DNA from: Tubiluchus corallicola
Taxonomy: Eukaryota; Animalia; Priapulida
Assembly: GCA_030141605.1 (NCBI GenBank)
Contig: JAQGDQ010000115.1
Location: 372,001-436,000, forward strand
DNA: 64,000 nt
Reading direction: 5' to 3'
Shown here: positions 52,112-62,816 of the stretch, in pieces
How positions within the stretch are numbered: position 1 is the stretch's first letter
How the letters are laid out: each line of letters starts with the position of its first letter
The notes under the pieces: generated by a model
What the model was told of the DNA's origin: nothing
Database searches by the model: none
The model's input: the letters and a program-made list of their open reading frames with translations, nothing else
Program-made: the position numbers and the translations under genes

Positions 52112-53665
52112 CATTCAGTTTTCCTTTAATCTCTCATCTAGTATCAACACAGAACCAGTACACCCTGCATTATGACCAAGAGAATCACGATCATTGCAGA
52201 GAACTCTACGTAGTAACAGAGCAAGCAACCTTAACAAGACCATGCTGTTTTGATTTCGTACACGAGGAACAACTCAAAAACCTGCAGAGCTTGTACCCTC
52301 TGGAACGAGTCGGATTGAAACATGGCTAATTACAGAGGGCGTTTTAAAACAAACAGTACACTAACCAATGTTATAATTATATAAGCCTACCAACAATCAT
52401 ACACAATCCATTAGATGCTATTCATATCCTTGTCTGGCGTATACAAAAACCAAGTTATTCTACGATAATCTCTTATCATATGGCTCAGCACACAATAGCA
52501 TCTCTTTGTGATTTGATCGACATATTTTAGTAAATATTTTGTTGTACTGTTTCTTTTTCAACCCCCTGTACTAGTTGGAAATATATGAAAAACTCGTAAT
52601 AGCAAAATGCTGACAGAGAACACTATGATTTATATCCTGGGTATTGAACCCTACACTTTCAGAATTCTGATCAGCCCTGCAGGAATTCACAAGGCCCAGC
52701 TTAATTTTCAGGGCTGAAAACTTGAAATTTTTCTCTATCCAAAGGGAAGAATCTTCCAGGCAATACAGACATTCAATAACTAAAAATCGGATTAACATTC
52801 TGGTAAAATAAATGCGATCAATAACAGTGACAATAAAACAGATGTATCAGTCTTTATTGCTGAACTTGATTTTTTTCACTCTTAATTAACAGTTTAAATA
52901 TTTGAGTCTTCAAGAGGTGACATAATGCATTATGTCTCCATCATTCTCTGGTTCAAACTCTGCCTTGCTAGTATAAAAGCCATAAATAATGTTTTAAAAG
53001 CGTACTTTAAAAATTGATATTATATATAAATTACACGTGCAATAAATCAACAAGAATTTTTTTACTAAGACTGTTTTCTAAACAAAGCCACAAATGCTTA
53101 GAGTGAGTGAGGATTCAAGTTCCTTATAAGAAAATGGCAGACTAATTATAGCAGTTAACTATAAAAAATAAGGATCTATAAGAACAGATACACTCCGTTG
53201 AGCATCTACCGTAAGTGAGAAGTAAAAACGAAGTCCGTATTAAACTTCCACTTAAATAATGAAGTGGAAAACCCGGTAAATGGAAGAGTTCAACAAAGAA
53301 GCAAGTTGCACAGTTATGGAAATCTCCTTGTAGTTCATGTTAGCAAGATGAAACAGGACAGGCTGCATTCGAAGAGCAAGGTAAGCGAACCACATAAAAT
53401 GCCGCATGAACAATACAATATGACATTGGTCACATGACAACTTTACGACCAATTAAAGCGAAGCTCTGTAAACTCTTGCAACAAAAATAATTGGCATTAG
53501 ATTTCTTCAATAGATTTCATCATTTTTGGAAACAGCAGCACAATTAAGTTCAATCAGACGCTGCATTTTAAATAAAAAAACTAAACCCATAATTTGTAAC
53601 TGATTTACTTAAATATTATAGGACGCATAAGATTCTAGGTGCATAGTGAATTGTGATGTTAAGCA

Positions 53666-53920
53666 AAATAGATTAAATATGGAGAAAGGAATTTGAAACA
53701 CTAGTATTCTTACTAATTGGGCACTTCTGCTTAAGCAAAATGTGATAAAGTAAACACACAATTTGTTAATTAATGGCAAAAAACTCTCAAGGTAAATAGA
53801 TTAAATATAGAGAAAGGAATTTAAAACACTAGCATTTTTGCTAATTGGGCACTTCTGCTTAAGCAAAATGTGATTAAGTAAACACTGTTTGCTAATTAAC
53901 AGTAAAAAACTAAGGTAAAT
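53666..53920. repeat. Diverged ~128-bp tandem duplication downstream of CaRF
   Basis: aaatagattaaatat(g/a)gagaaaggaattt...ctaattgggcacttctgcttaagcaaaatgtgat...aaggtaaat occurs twice in tandem. Confidence 0.9.
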
Positions 53921-54059
53921 TCATTCAGATTCGATACAGTACAAAAGTGGGCATCCTAATTTGTACCATATGTACAAACCTATCTAAAATTAAATACACT
54001 TACAATATTAGTAAGTTCTTTAACATTAAATCATGATCAGTACTCAAAGACGCACATAG

Positions 54060-55967
54060 CTAATTAACTTTGCAACGAACTTTTTTAGCTGTTTTTAAAT
54101 GTTTTGTTTTTGATCGATTCGCTGATTTAGCCAAGTGCAAAGATTTGCAAGTGTTTTCACATGATTCAAATTGCTCACAGTCATTTGTTACTTTATTGCT
54201 TGGATGTATATTGTCATTGTTTTCCTGTACACGACTGACAAATGATTTCATAGACGAATTTAGCCCTTCATCTAACTGACTGTGACATTCGTTTTCCATT
54301 GACATTTCATCAGAAGCTAAGTCCATGTCAACTGCTGCCACCTGCTGACATTTCACTTTATCATCTGTCTCACTGAACACAGGAAGTTTAGACAGCCACT
54401 GCGCCATCTGTGGAGTGAGATTAGAGGTAACATGAACAGTGCCGTCACTCATCTGTGCTTTTACTTTCGTAATGCGAGAACCGTGTTCTCTGTCGCTCAG
54501 AGTAACCGTAAGTGTTTCTGGTCTAGGCTCTACGGTTTGCCACATGACATTATCCTCATCACTCTCGGCGGCCTGTACTTCAATGGTCATCGTGTCAGAT
54601 TTCCGGTCTAGACGTCCAGTTCTGATATCATTTAATGCTTGATGTATATGATTTTGAAGGTCATGCACAGTTGGAAAGAAGCAGAGGTTATGTCGCTGTG
54701 GAATGTCTTTCCGACTGGAAAACATGCTTTCCACAAACTTTCTCAGATGCTTTCGAATGGCATAAACTCGCATTTCACCGTGAGAAACCAATTCGCGAAT
54801 TTTTTCAGCTACTTTTGGATGCAGCCGGTAGTTACGAAAGTCACAGTCATTGTAGATTTTCTCATCACGTTCCTCATTGCCTAAGATATTATGGAACTGA
54901 TGCTCGGTTTCAGTAGGCAGTTGTACATACCACCGATCCTCCCCTTCAACATCACGTAAAATTGGTTTTAGTTGAGCAAATACTGCATCCATGTCATACC
55001 TAAGGGACTTTTTATCTTGGGATATGTCTATCTTATACTGAGGAAACTTTACCACACGTTTTATGTAAATTCTAGCTGGACATGTCTGTCTATAAGTACT
55101 AGGTACAATAACATTATCCTTTTTCTTGGCTGTACCTTTTCGTCTTGGTCCATACTGGCACTCTTGCACAACTGCACGGCTGCCGACATTTAAGAATGGA
55201 ATTCCATCGAATGGACAATACTGGGATTTCCACATCAGTCTAACAGGTGGTTTTAAATTAGCCGGCGATGACGACTGTCGCGTTCCCCAAATAGACTGAG
55301 TATAATGTCTGTGGTAGCCAAGGACTAAATCAAGCTCAACTTCGGAAGAGACCCATCCCCTATAGGAATCACCGATCTTCTCACAGTCTCTTAACCTGCT
55401 GGCCCAGTGTGGTAAACCATGCAGTGGATCACACGAAATGGACGATCCCCTTAAAAGCACATTCATGGCATTGTCAGTTCTCACTTGCAGCTCGGAGTCT
55501 TTTGTATCCTCAAGGCCAATAAGCTCACTGGCTTCAACATGAACAACACTTGGTAAATCTGTTGTCGTAGAAAACAATTGCAACTGTCCAACTGTTTCAT
55601 TGCAAACTGCATCTGGCACTGCAACTATCTGAATGTTTTCTCCCAGTGTGGTGCCGGTTTCTGTAACGTGTTGGAGATGCGAGAAATTTTCCGCATCTCC
55701 GCCCATAACTTTAACATCTTGAACGTAACAAACTATATCAGATTTTTCAACATCTGAATTTGATTCTACACTCTCCGTGTTATTCAAGGTACATATGACA
55801 GTAGTGCTTACTTCGGCCACGTCTGTTGTTGCATTGCTCAACTCGGCCTCACTTTGTAGGTCACTTTTTGTGTCATTTTCTTCAAGGATAGTTTTAACAT
55901 CCATGCTGTAAGCTTTGTTTGTGTCAGCTTTAATGCACGTTCTTTTGTTGTAGAATTTTATGGACAT
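54060..55967 (-). CDS. CARF: Calcium-responsive transcription factor (CaRF / ALS2CR8) homologue, single coding exon
   Basis: 635-aa ORF containing WGTRQS, RLMWKSQYCPFDGIPFLNVGSRAVVQECQYGPRRKG, TCPARIYIKRVVKFP, RLHPKVAEKIRELVS and RHNLCFFPTVHDLQNHIH, all CaRF core motifs. Acceptor cccttttcag at 56006-56007 upstream of the ATG. Confidence 0.93.
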   Translation of the reverse strand: MSIKFYNKRTCIKADTNKAYSMDVKTILEENDTKSDLQSEAELSNATTDVAEVSTTVICTLNNTESVESNSDVEKSDIVCYVQDVKVMGGDAENFSHLQHVTETGTTLGENIQIVAVPDAVCNETVGQLQLFSTTTDLPSVVHVEASELIGLEDTKDSELQVRTDNAMNVLLRGSSISCDPLHGLPHWASRLRDCEKIGDSYRGWVSSEVELDLVLGYHRHYTQSIWGTRQSSSPANLKPPVRLMWKSQYCPFDGIPFLNVGSRAVVQECQYGPRRKGTAKKKDNVIVPSTYRQTCPARIYIKRVVKFPQYKIDISQDKKSLRYDMDAVFAQLKPILRDVEGEDRWYVQLPTETEHQFHNILGNEERDEKIYNDCDFRNYRLHPKVAEKIRELVSHGEMRVYAIRKHLRKFVESMFSSRKDIPQRHNLCFFPTVHDLQNHIHQALNDIRTGRLDRKSDTMTIEVQAAESDEDNVMWQTVEPRPETLTVTLSDREHGSRITKVKAQMSDGTVHVTSNLTPQMAQWLSKLPVFSETDDKVKCQQVAAVDMDLASDEMSMENECHSQLDEGLNSSMKSFVSRVQENNDNIHPSNKVTNDCEQFESCENTCKSLHLAKSANRSKTKHLKTAKKVRCKVN

Positions 55968-56169
55968 TAAAGTATCCAGAGCTTGAGTTTATCGAGACAA
56001 ACTTTCTGAAAAAGGGATTTAAATATGTAATTATATTTAAAAGAATGATTAAAGTGTATAACATAACAATTTTACAAAATAGATGAAAAGTTGATAGTGC
56101 TTTCAAAGGTGCCTTTGGGACCATAGGATATACCCAATAAGAGTGTTCTGCACATTCTAGTCGTATATA

Positions 56170-57159
56170 CAGTAGGTGCCGCTTAATAGACTCACTTTGG
56201 GACTGAAGTGTTTTGACCCAATTAAGTGACTGAACCGATTAAGTGATGGGTGTAGTATTACTGGTATAGAAGTATGAGCCAAAAGCTTACCATGCACTGC
56301 AAAGGTTTTTAGTGAATTTAAGAGTAATGCCTTAAATTCTTTTGTGCAGTTAAAAATTAAAAAATATATTTTGAAATATTAATTTATACAAGTGAATTAG
56401 CAATAAATTAGAAAGTATACTTTTTTGAATCACACGAGTCTGTTGATTTAATTTGCAAAAATTACAAAAATTCCTTCAAAGTCGGCTGCTCCATTTCATC
56501 GCGAAGAAGTTGGCTCACAAAGTTCTCATAATGACAAAAATGTCGAAAATCTGATGTCGCACAATGCAAAAATTCCGTGAAATACTTAGTGCTTGTTGTG
56601 CTTAAACTGTTAGTGCAAATAGCTTCACCAAGGTTTCCCCGCAAGTAGCTTCATCTGTAGTTTCGCCTAAGCTTCAGCTTGCTATTGTGACATACTTGCT
56701 GTACTGTACCTGCATCCCTGGCATAACAGTAACATCTAACTGACTAAACTTTCTGACAAAGACAGCCAGAGCTTCAAAAGCAAACTGCGCTAGGCAAGTG
56801 ATTAAATCTTGGCTTCCAGGAATTATTGAGTATTTCGGTTAAATGCAGTGGACGGGCGGGTCAAAGCAAACCATAAGGGTAGCATATAAGCGTTCTTGCT
56901 TACAAACAAAACGGTACTTAACATGATTGTTCCTATGCATATTATAGGACAAAAGCGAGCTAAGATGATATAAAAGTCATATAAAGCTTATTAGTTACAC
57001 GAAAGTGTCTTATTGAAGCATGTGAAGCAAAAATTTCGAGTCAATTATGCGGGGGAGTTATTTGAGTCAATTGCCGACAGTTTTTATGTACATTAGAAGC
57101 GGCCCGTACCAGGCGTTTTTGTGTCTATTAACCGTGAGTTTATTAAGCAGCGCCTACTG
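56170..57159. mobile_element. Non-autonomous pogo/Tigger-like (Tc1/mariner superfamily) element
   Basis: 26-bp TIRs CAGTAGGTGCCGCTTAATAGACTCAC / GTGAGTTTATTAAGCAGCGCCTACTG (3 mismatches), flanked by TA on both sides. A residual QPTLKEFL* C-terminus-like peptide is present on the minus strand. Confidence 0.85.
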
Positions 57160-58436
57160 TACCAATAAATATTCTTTAATTCTGTTTCTTGTTTCATGCA
57201 GCAGTAGTGGTCATAAAAATTCTAATTATTTAAATGCTAATTATGGTACACTGTCGAATGGAAGAAAAAACACAAACAGAAACTCGTTGCAATTTACTCA
57301 AGATTATATTCTCAAACATCACTTTTACGTATTTTAGCAGTTTCAGTTCTCTGACTAATTCAGCACTACATGGCCTATTTTGGTATAGCCACTGTGCACT
57401 TATCATTTGCACAACATGAATGCAAAGTGTCAATACTGTGTAACTAAGGTATTAGATTGATTCCATACTATGTCTTGATACAGTTTGCACTGTGATTCCC
57501 CATTGTTAGACTTCTATTAGCTTATAGAGTAAACCACTATGTACGAAAAGTCAGTGTGCTTCTGTGGCTAGCATAGCTGTTCGGATAGGGCTTGAATTTC
57601 AGTCCGAGTGGAGGTTAGGGACTTATCGAATATTCAGATCACCGAATTCTTTCCCCGAATTTCAGTATAAAAATGCATACAGGTAAACTTCGGTTGTAAT
57701 CGCTAAAAATTCTGTGCGTCGAAGTTAACTTTTTAACAAATGTCACACACGGTGAAAATTATATTAAACAAACTGAGCATAAATTTAACCAAAAAAAGCT
57801 GATGGCAAACAGCGAACATAATACAACACCCAACACTTTGCTTTCTGAATGATAATTTGAAGAATGCAATGCACAAGTCGAATCAATGCGCAATAGTGTG
57901 GCAGTGCTGCATTCGCTTATGTATTGGCTTATACACGACGAAATAAACGAATGAGTCAACCTAGTAAACAATTGCAATTTTGCTTAAATACTGATTTTAT
58001 TGATTATACAATTAATAGTTTGAACAGCTTTTGAAAGAATTAAGCTGCTTTTAATACCGAATATTTTACTACATAATACTAATCACTAAATGCAAACATA
58101 GATTTAGTAATCAGAACAATTATACACAACTAACCAACACCATTAACTTAAAACAATAAAACATTACAAATTTATAATTCTTTTCAATTAGAACTGCAAA
58201 AAAATTTGGTTGAGCTTTAGTAAAAAATTTGTTGCAGCTTGGGTCTGGTATTCAAATTTAACTTGATATTTTATATGGAATTTGGTTCAGCAGCACAGCC
58301 AATCATTTGGTTAAAGCATCGGTTTGAAGGCACCAAAGAATAAAAATAGCGGTTTCAATTCTGTTGAGGAATATGTCCCTAATGGAAGTGCCCAACTTTT
58401 TCAGACGTTTTAATTTAGTATTGCTTTCGTGTGTCT

Positions 58437-61400
58437 TAGGGTTGGCATTTCCCGACCCGGGATCGCTTGACCGGGAAACGGGAACGGGATTGGCGCAATC
58501 CCGGGAAACGGGACGGGAAACGGGACTGGACGGGATTGAGGGAAAACAGTGATGTTTGAGCTAATGATGAACTTTGACAGACCATAAATACCAACAAAAA
58601 ATAAACAAAAACACTATACTCGGGGCCACGCCATGTTTATAGTAGTTGACTGAGTTCTAAATATGTAGAGTATGTACTGACATAACGAGTTTAGTGTTTA
58701 GAAGCTAATCACTTACAATATAATTCTAGCGTGGACCCGAGTATATACATAATTAATTACTAATACAAACGCATGTAATATTCTTTCTAAACTAGAATAG
58801 AACATAATTAATTACATTGATATCGATATGATGTGCGATTGCGATGCGATGCGATACTATAGCACGATGGCATGAGAAAATACAGACATGCCATTGTGAT
58901 TTTAAATTGAGATTAGCATAATAATAATCATCCATCAGTCAGCAAGAAGAGCACAGAAAAAGGAGAGACAAACTTTGACAAGACAAACTACTCAAACAAC
59001 CAAAAGTTATCTTTTAGATGTAAGCTCAAATTTCAAATCCAGTCTGTCAGTAGCAGTACAGTACCCCTTGTCCGTACTCCGTACTCCAACTCCAAGAAAG
59101 TATTGCATAAAGCCGACATATTTAAGTATAATATGCTTTCAGAAAAGTGAGTGCGTCCAGAAGCCCATCTCCCATGCGTGCACGAAGTTTCGTGTTGAAT
59201 AAAGCGCACGCGGAAAACGCACGTTCCGCTTCGCAGCTAGTGCACTGTATAGCTGCTAGATTGCGGTATATTATTTCCAGTCGTTTTGGCCTGACAGATG
59301 TTGTCTCCCAAACCTTGAAATCTAAGTTGAAGTCCCCTTTTTTCTCTACTGCTGCAACCGCTCCTGAAGACATCATTGATTCTATTTCCTTATTTAAAGC
59401 TTCGGCCATTGAAACGGGTGGTGGTGGATTGTTGACTACAACTGCTTCATCATTATCATCTGGATCTGGAATGATCCGAGCTTCCTCAATGACAGGCGCA
59501 GGGTGAAGTTTGTCGTAAAGTGCAATGATAGACTGTTTAATATCCTTCTTGTTTGCCATTTTCATTTGAGGGAATATCGGAGCAGATTTTGGAGAATCCG
59601 GGTTATGCAAGTACTTGTACATATCTAGTAGCTTGGCAGGACGTCTCTCGAAGAACCTTTTCTCTATAGCCATTTTCATGTTCTTGCAGAGAACTGTATC
59701 TTTTTCTCCTAGAGTTTTCAACATGAAGCAGAAGACGGTATCAGCGGCCAATAAAGTCATACTCCTGTCCTGTAGCTTTTTTACAGCGATTCGCACCGGG
59801 GTCAGTGCTGCTACTAAATCTTCCAACATATTAACCTCATCAGTGGTGAAATTTTGTTTCATCTTTGGGAAATCAACCATAGTTTTCTCAACTTGTGGCT
59901 TTACTTTCAAGAACCGTTCCACCATGTCAACACATGAGTTCCACCGGGTCTTATTGTCTCGTATCAGAGATAGAGTTTTTCCATGAGCATCCATATTATA
60001 ATCTTGGAGTTTGTCATTTTTTAACGGACTTCTGCGAATTTTCACCACTATTTTACGCACTTTTTTCACTGTATCTTTGATAATAGGGTTCATTGGGCGC
60101 ACTGGCAAGGCTTCTTCATCCTCATTAACTTCATTATCATCATCATCGTCATCCTCATCATCGATAACTTCTTCTCCATCTTCTAAATCATCATCATCAT
60201 CATCCTCTTCATCTTCGTCTTCATCTTCCTCTTCCATACCACTATATATAACATCCTGTACCGCTAAATGTATACCATGGGTGCAGCACGCCATATGTTC
60301 ACTGGCGATCTTACGTCCGAAACTGAGCATGACAGATGCGCCGTCCGTAGTCGCACATATAACATGGCATGCATCATCATCCAATTCAATACCATAACGT
60401 TTGAGCTTCATCTTTACTATTTCGACAGTTTTAACAGCAGTGATACTGCCCTTCGCTCGAGCCAGGCCAAGATTCCAGTATTCATTATATGTATGTAAAT
60501 TAACATTGACATAACGCCGATTTTGGTTAGATGTCCATTCGTCCAACGTTATCCCAAAGCTCACGTCATCACTTCGCCTCATTTCTTTGAATTTCTCCCG
60601 CAATTCGTCTTTCAACTCTTCACTGTGACCAACAATTATTTTTCGCAGAGTGTTGTGGCTTTTAGGTAGATTGAAACCTCTCCTTTCGAAACCATCTCTT
60701 ATAAATTCACTCTTTGCGATAGTATTTAGAGATATTCGGTCAACGGCCGCTAATTTACATATCAGTACAGGCATGCAATTTTCAGCTTTATTATCTGGAG
60801 CAGTAAACTTATCTATGCGCTGTTGGAGTTGGATTCTTGCCTTCTTTGGTTTTGATATACCTTCTCCATCCTCCCCATCCTTTTCCAATGATATAGACTT
60901 GTGCATTGCCTTAAGGTGTCGCTTCATACCGGATGTAGAGCCTCCGTCTCTCTTTATTACCGACTTACATAGTTGACACTTTGCTTTTTTTGTGTCATTG
61001 GGATCAACGGCGAAGTAGTTCCATATTTTACTAGTACAACCTGTAGGCATCGAAATTTTCGATTGTACCTTCTGTCCGGTATCAGTACCACTACCACCTT
61101 TTGAAGAAACGCTCGATTTTTCATTCTCAACTACAGCAGAACTATTGTCAGAACTGGCCATCATAAAACTCAGAACAGAGACACCAATCACAGAACAAGA
61201 TGCACAATCAGAATCAGGCAGTATAAGGCAACGTCGCACACAGTCCACACAATACTACAAATTTCAAATGTCAATATTCCTTCCTATGCGTCTCACTCAC
61301 TCGCCGGCTACTAAAACAATGACAATGCTATATCTGAACTGAATTACCCGTGTAGCTGAGCTGCTGTACTGTACTGCCTATGCCTAGTTAGTTGCCTAGG

Positions 61401-61570
61401 CGATCGACATGCCAATACACGCACATGCAGCGGAGTGAGTGACTTCCTTTTTTTATTATTTTTTAATTAATCCCGCGGGATCCCGGGATTATAATTGTAC
61501 TCCCGGGATTGGCCAAATGTGCCGGGATCCCGGGAAACGGGAACGGGATTCAACGGGATTGCCAACCCTG
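58437..61570 (-). mobile_element. Full-length autonomous hAT DNA transposon (3134 bp)
   Basis: TIRs TAGGGTTGGCA / TGCCAACCCTG, dense subterminal CGGGA/TCCCG repeats at both ends, perfect 8-bp TSD GTGTGTCT (58429-58436 / 61571-61578), and an intact transposase ORF. Confidence 0.97.
59122..61164 (-). CDS. hAT transposase with BED zinc finger, DDE catalytic triad and C-terminal dimerisation region
   Basis: Uninterrupted ORF (first ATG MMASSDN at 61164). BED finger IWNYF...AKCQLC...MKRHLKAMH, LDEWT, TTDGAS, CCTH (CxxH), TRWNS and CEAERAFS are all present. Confidence 0.95.
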   Translation of the reverse strand: MMASSDNSSAVVENEKSSVSSKGGSGTDTGQKVQSKISMPTGCTSKIWNYFAVDPNDTKKAKCQLCKSVIKRDGGSTSGMKRHLKAMHKSISLEKDGEDGEGISKPKKARIQLQQRIDKFTAPDNKAENCMPVLICKLAAVDRISLNTIAKSEFIRDGFERRGFNLPKSHNTLRKIIVGHSEELKDELREKFKEMRRSDDVSFGITLDEWTSNQNRRYVNVNLHTYNEYWNLGLARAKGSITAVKTVEIVKMKLKRYGIELDDDACHVICATTDGASVMLSFGRKIASEHMACCTHGIHLAVQDVIYSGMEEEDEDEDEEDDDDDDLEDGEEVIDDEDDDDDDNEVNEDEEALPVRPMNPIIKDTVKKVRKIVVKIRRSPLKNDKLQDYNMDAHGKTLSLIRDNKTRWNSCVDMVERFLKVKPQVEKTMVDFPKMKQNFTTDEVNMLEDLVAALTPVRIAVKKLQDRSMTLLAADTVFCFMLKTLGEKDTVLCKNMKMAIEKRFFERRPAKLLDMYKYLHNPDSPKSAPIFPQMKMANKKDIKQSIIALYDKLHPAPVIEEARIIPDPDDNDEAVVVNNPPPPVSMAEALNKEIESMMSSGAVAAVEKKGDFNLDFKVWETTSVRPKRLEIIYRNLAAIQCTSCEAERAFSACALFNTKLRARMGDGLLDALTFLKAYYT

Positions 61571-61859
61571 GTGTGTCTATTAGGCTATACTTGCAAAAAA
61601 TAGAAATATGTTCGTGCTCTTCGTGATTTGCTAGATATTAGTGATGTTCGCTCTGTGGTGCATCTCAATGATGTTAAAATTAAAGTTGAACTCGCTCAGT
61701 GAGAGCAAATAAATAGTTTTAAACGTAAACTAAAAGAACTCCATGCGAGAAAACCTCCTATCTTAATACCAGTTTGGTAAATTAGCTCGCCTGAGAGCGT
61801 TTGTATTTACAATCCACTGGTGAATGATGGTCGATTGATTAGTCTTTTTGCATTCTAAT

Positions 61860-62816
61860 CAGTTTGTCTTATTGTCTATTGAGCATAGTTTATCTGGGGA
61901 AACAGCTTGGACACTAGTATAGGAGATTTCTAGTATGAGCAAGTTTGTCCAAGCGTGTTTTGAAGGCACCGACTGTAGTATTATTAACTCTGCGTTTGAG
62001 AAACTAAATTTGTATACATCCAGCCTGAACTGCATTTTATATATTTTGTACTTGTGGTCTCTTGTTACTGAGGGACAGCAATCAGAGAACATTGCAGTAT
62101 CCAAGTCTGTGCACATTTTATACATCTCAATTAAGCGGCCTTTAGTATGTTGCATGCAAGGCTGTATAGCCTGAGTTCCTGAAGTTTTCCTCATATGTAC
62201 TGCTCTTTAATGCAGAGACCATATTCACTGCTCTTTCTCGGATTTTCTCTAGAGCTGAAATATCCTTGACATAATGTGGGCTCCAAACTTGGCTTACATT
62301 TTCGATGTGCGGCTTCACTAAGGCTTTATATATTGGTATGATGATGTCTGTATTCCTACTAACAATTGTTCGAGAGATAGCTCCAAGTATCTGATGTGCC
62401 TTGGTGACTTTATCATTGACATGTACGTGGAATTTCAGTTGGTCATCCACAACAACATTCAAGTATTTCTCTGAAGTAACCACTGGTACTAATCTTCCAT
62501 CAAATTGTTATTGGTATTCGTGATTGTTCTTCCCAAGATGTAGCACTTTGCATGTTTTGCCTGCTGTGTTAAAAGTCATTTGCCAGGATTTGGCCCACTG
62601 GTTTATTTTGTTTAAATTGGCATGCAAGTCAGCAACAGATTGTGGAGAGAATACAAACCCTGCAACCTTAGTATCGTCTGCAAATTTGCTCAATTTTGAG
62701 ATGATACAGCTATCAATGTCGTTACTGAAGGTCAAGAACAACAATGGTCCTATTACGCTACTTTGGGGTACTGAAGAAAGAACTGGAAGTGTCGATGATT
62801 GTTTGTTCTGTATCAA
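61860..62816 (-). mobile_element. 5'-truncated, frameshifted CR1-like LINE (reverse transcriptase 3' half)
   Basis: Three broken ORFs: SVPQSSVIGPLLFL..ND..SKFADDTK (RT motifs), WQMTFN..KCKVLHLG, EKYL.VVVDDQLKF, YKALVKPH.E..SQVWSPHY.KDI..LEK, and FSFSN. Confidence 0.92.

Noticed and set aside
59147-60976. Plus-strand ORFs overlapping the transposase (including the poly-Ser ORF)
   Set aside because: They are antisense shadows of the transposase ORF and its acidic tract.
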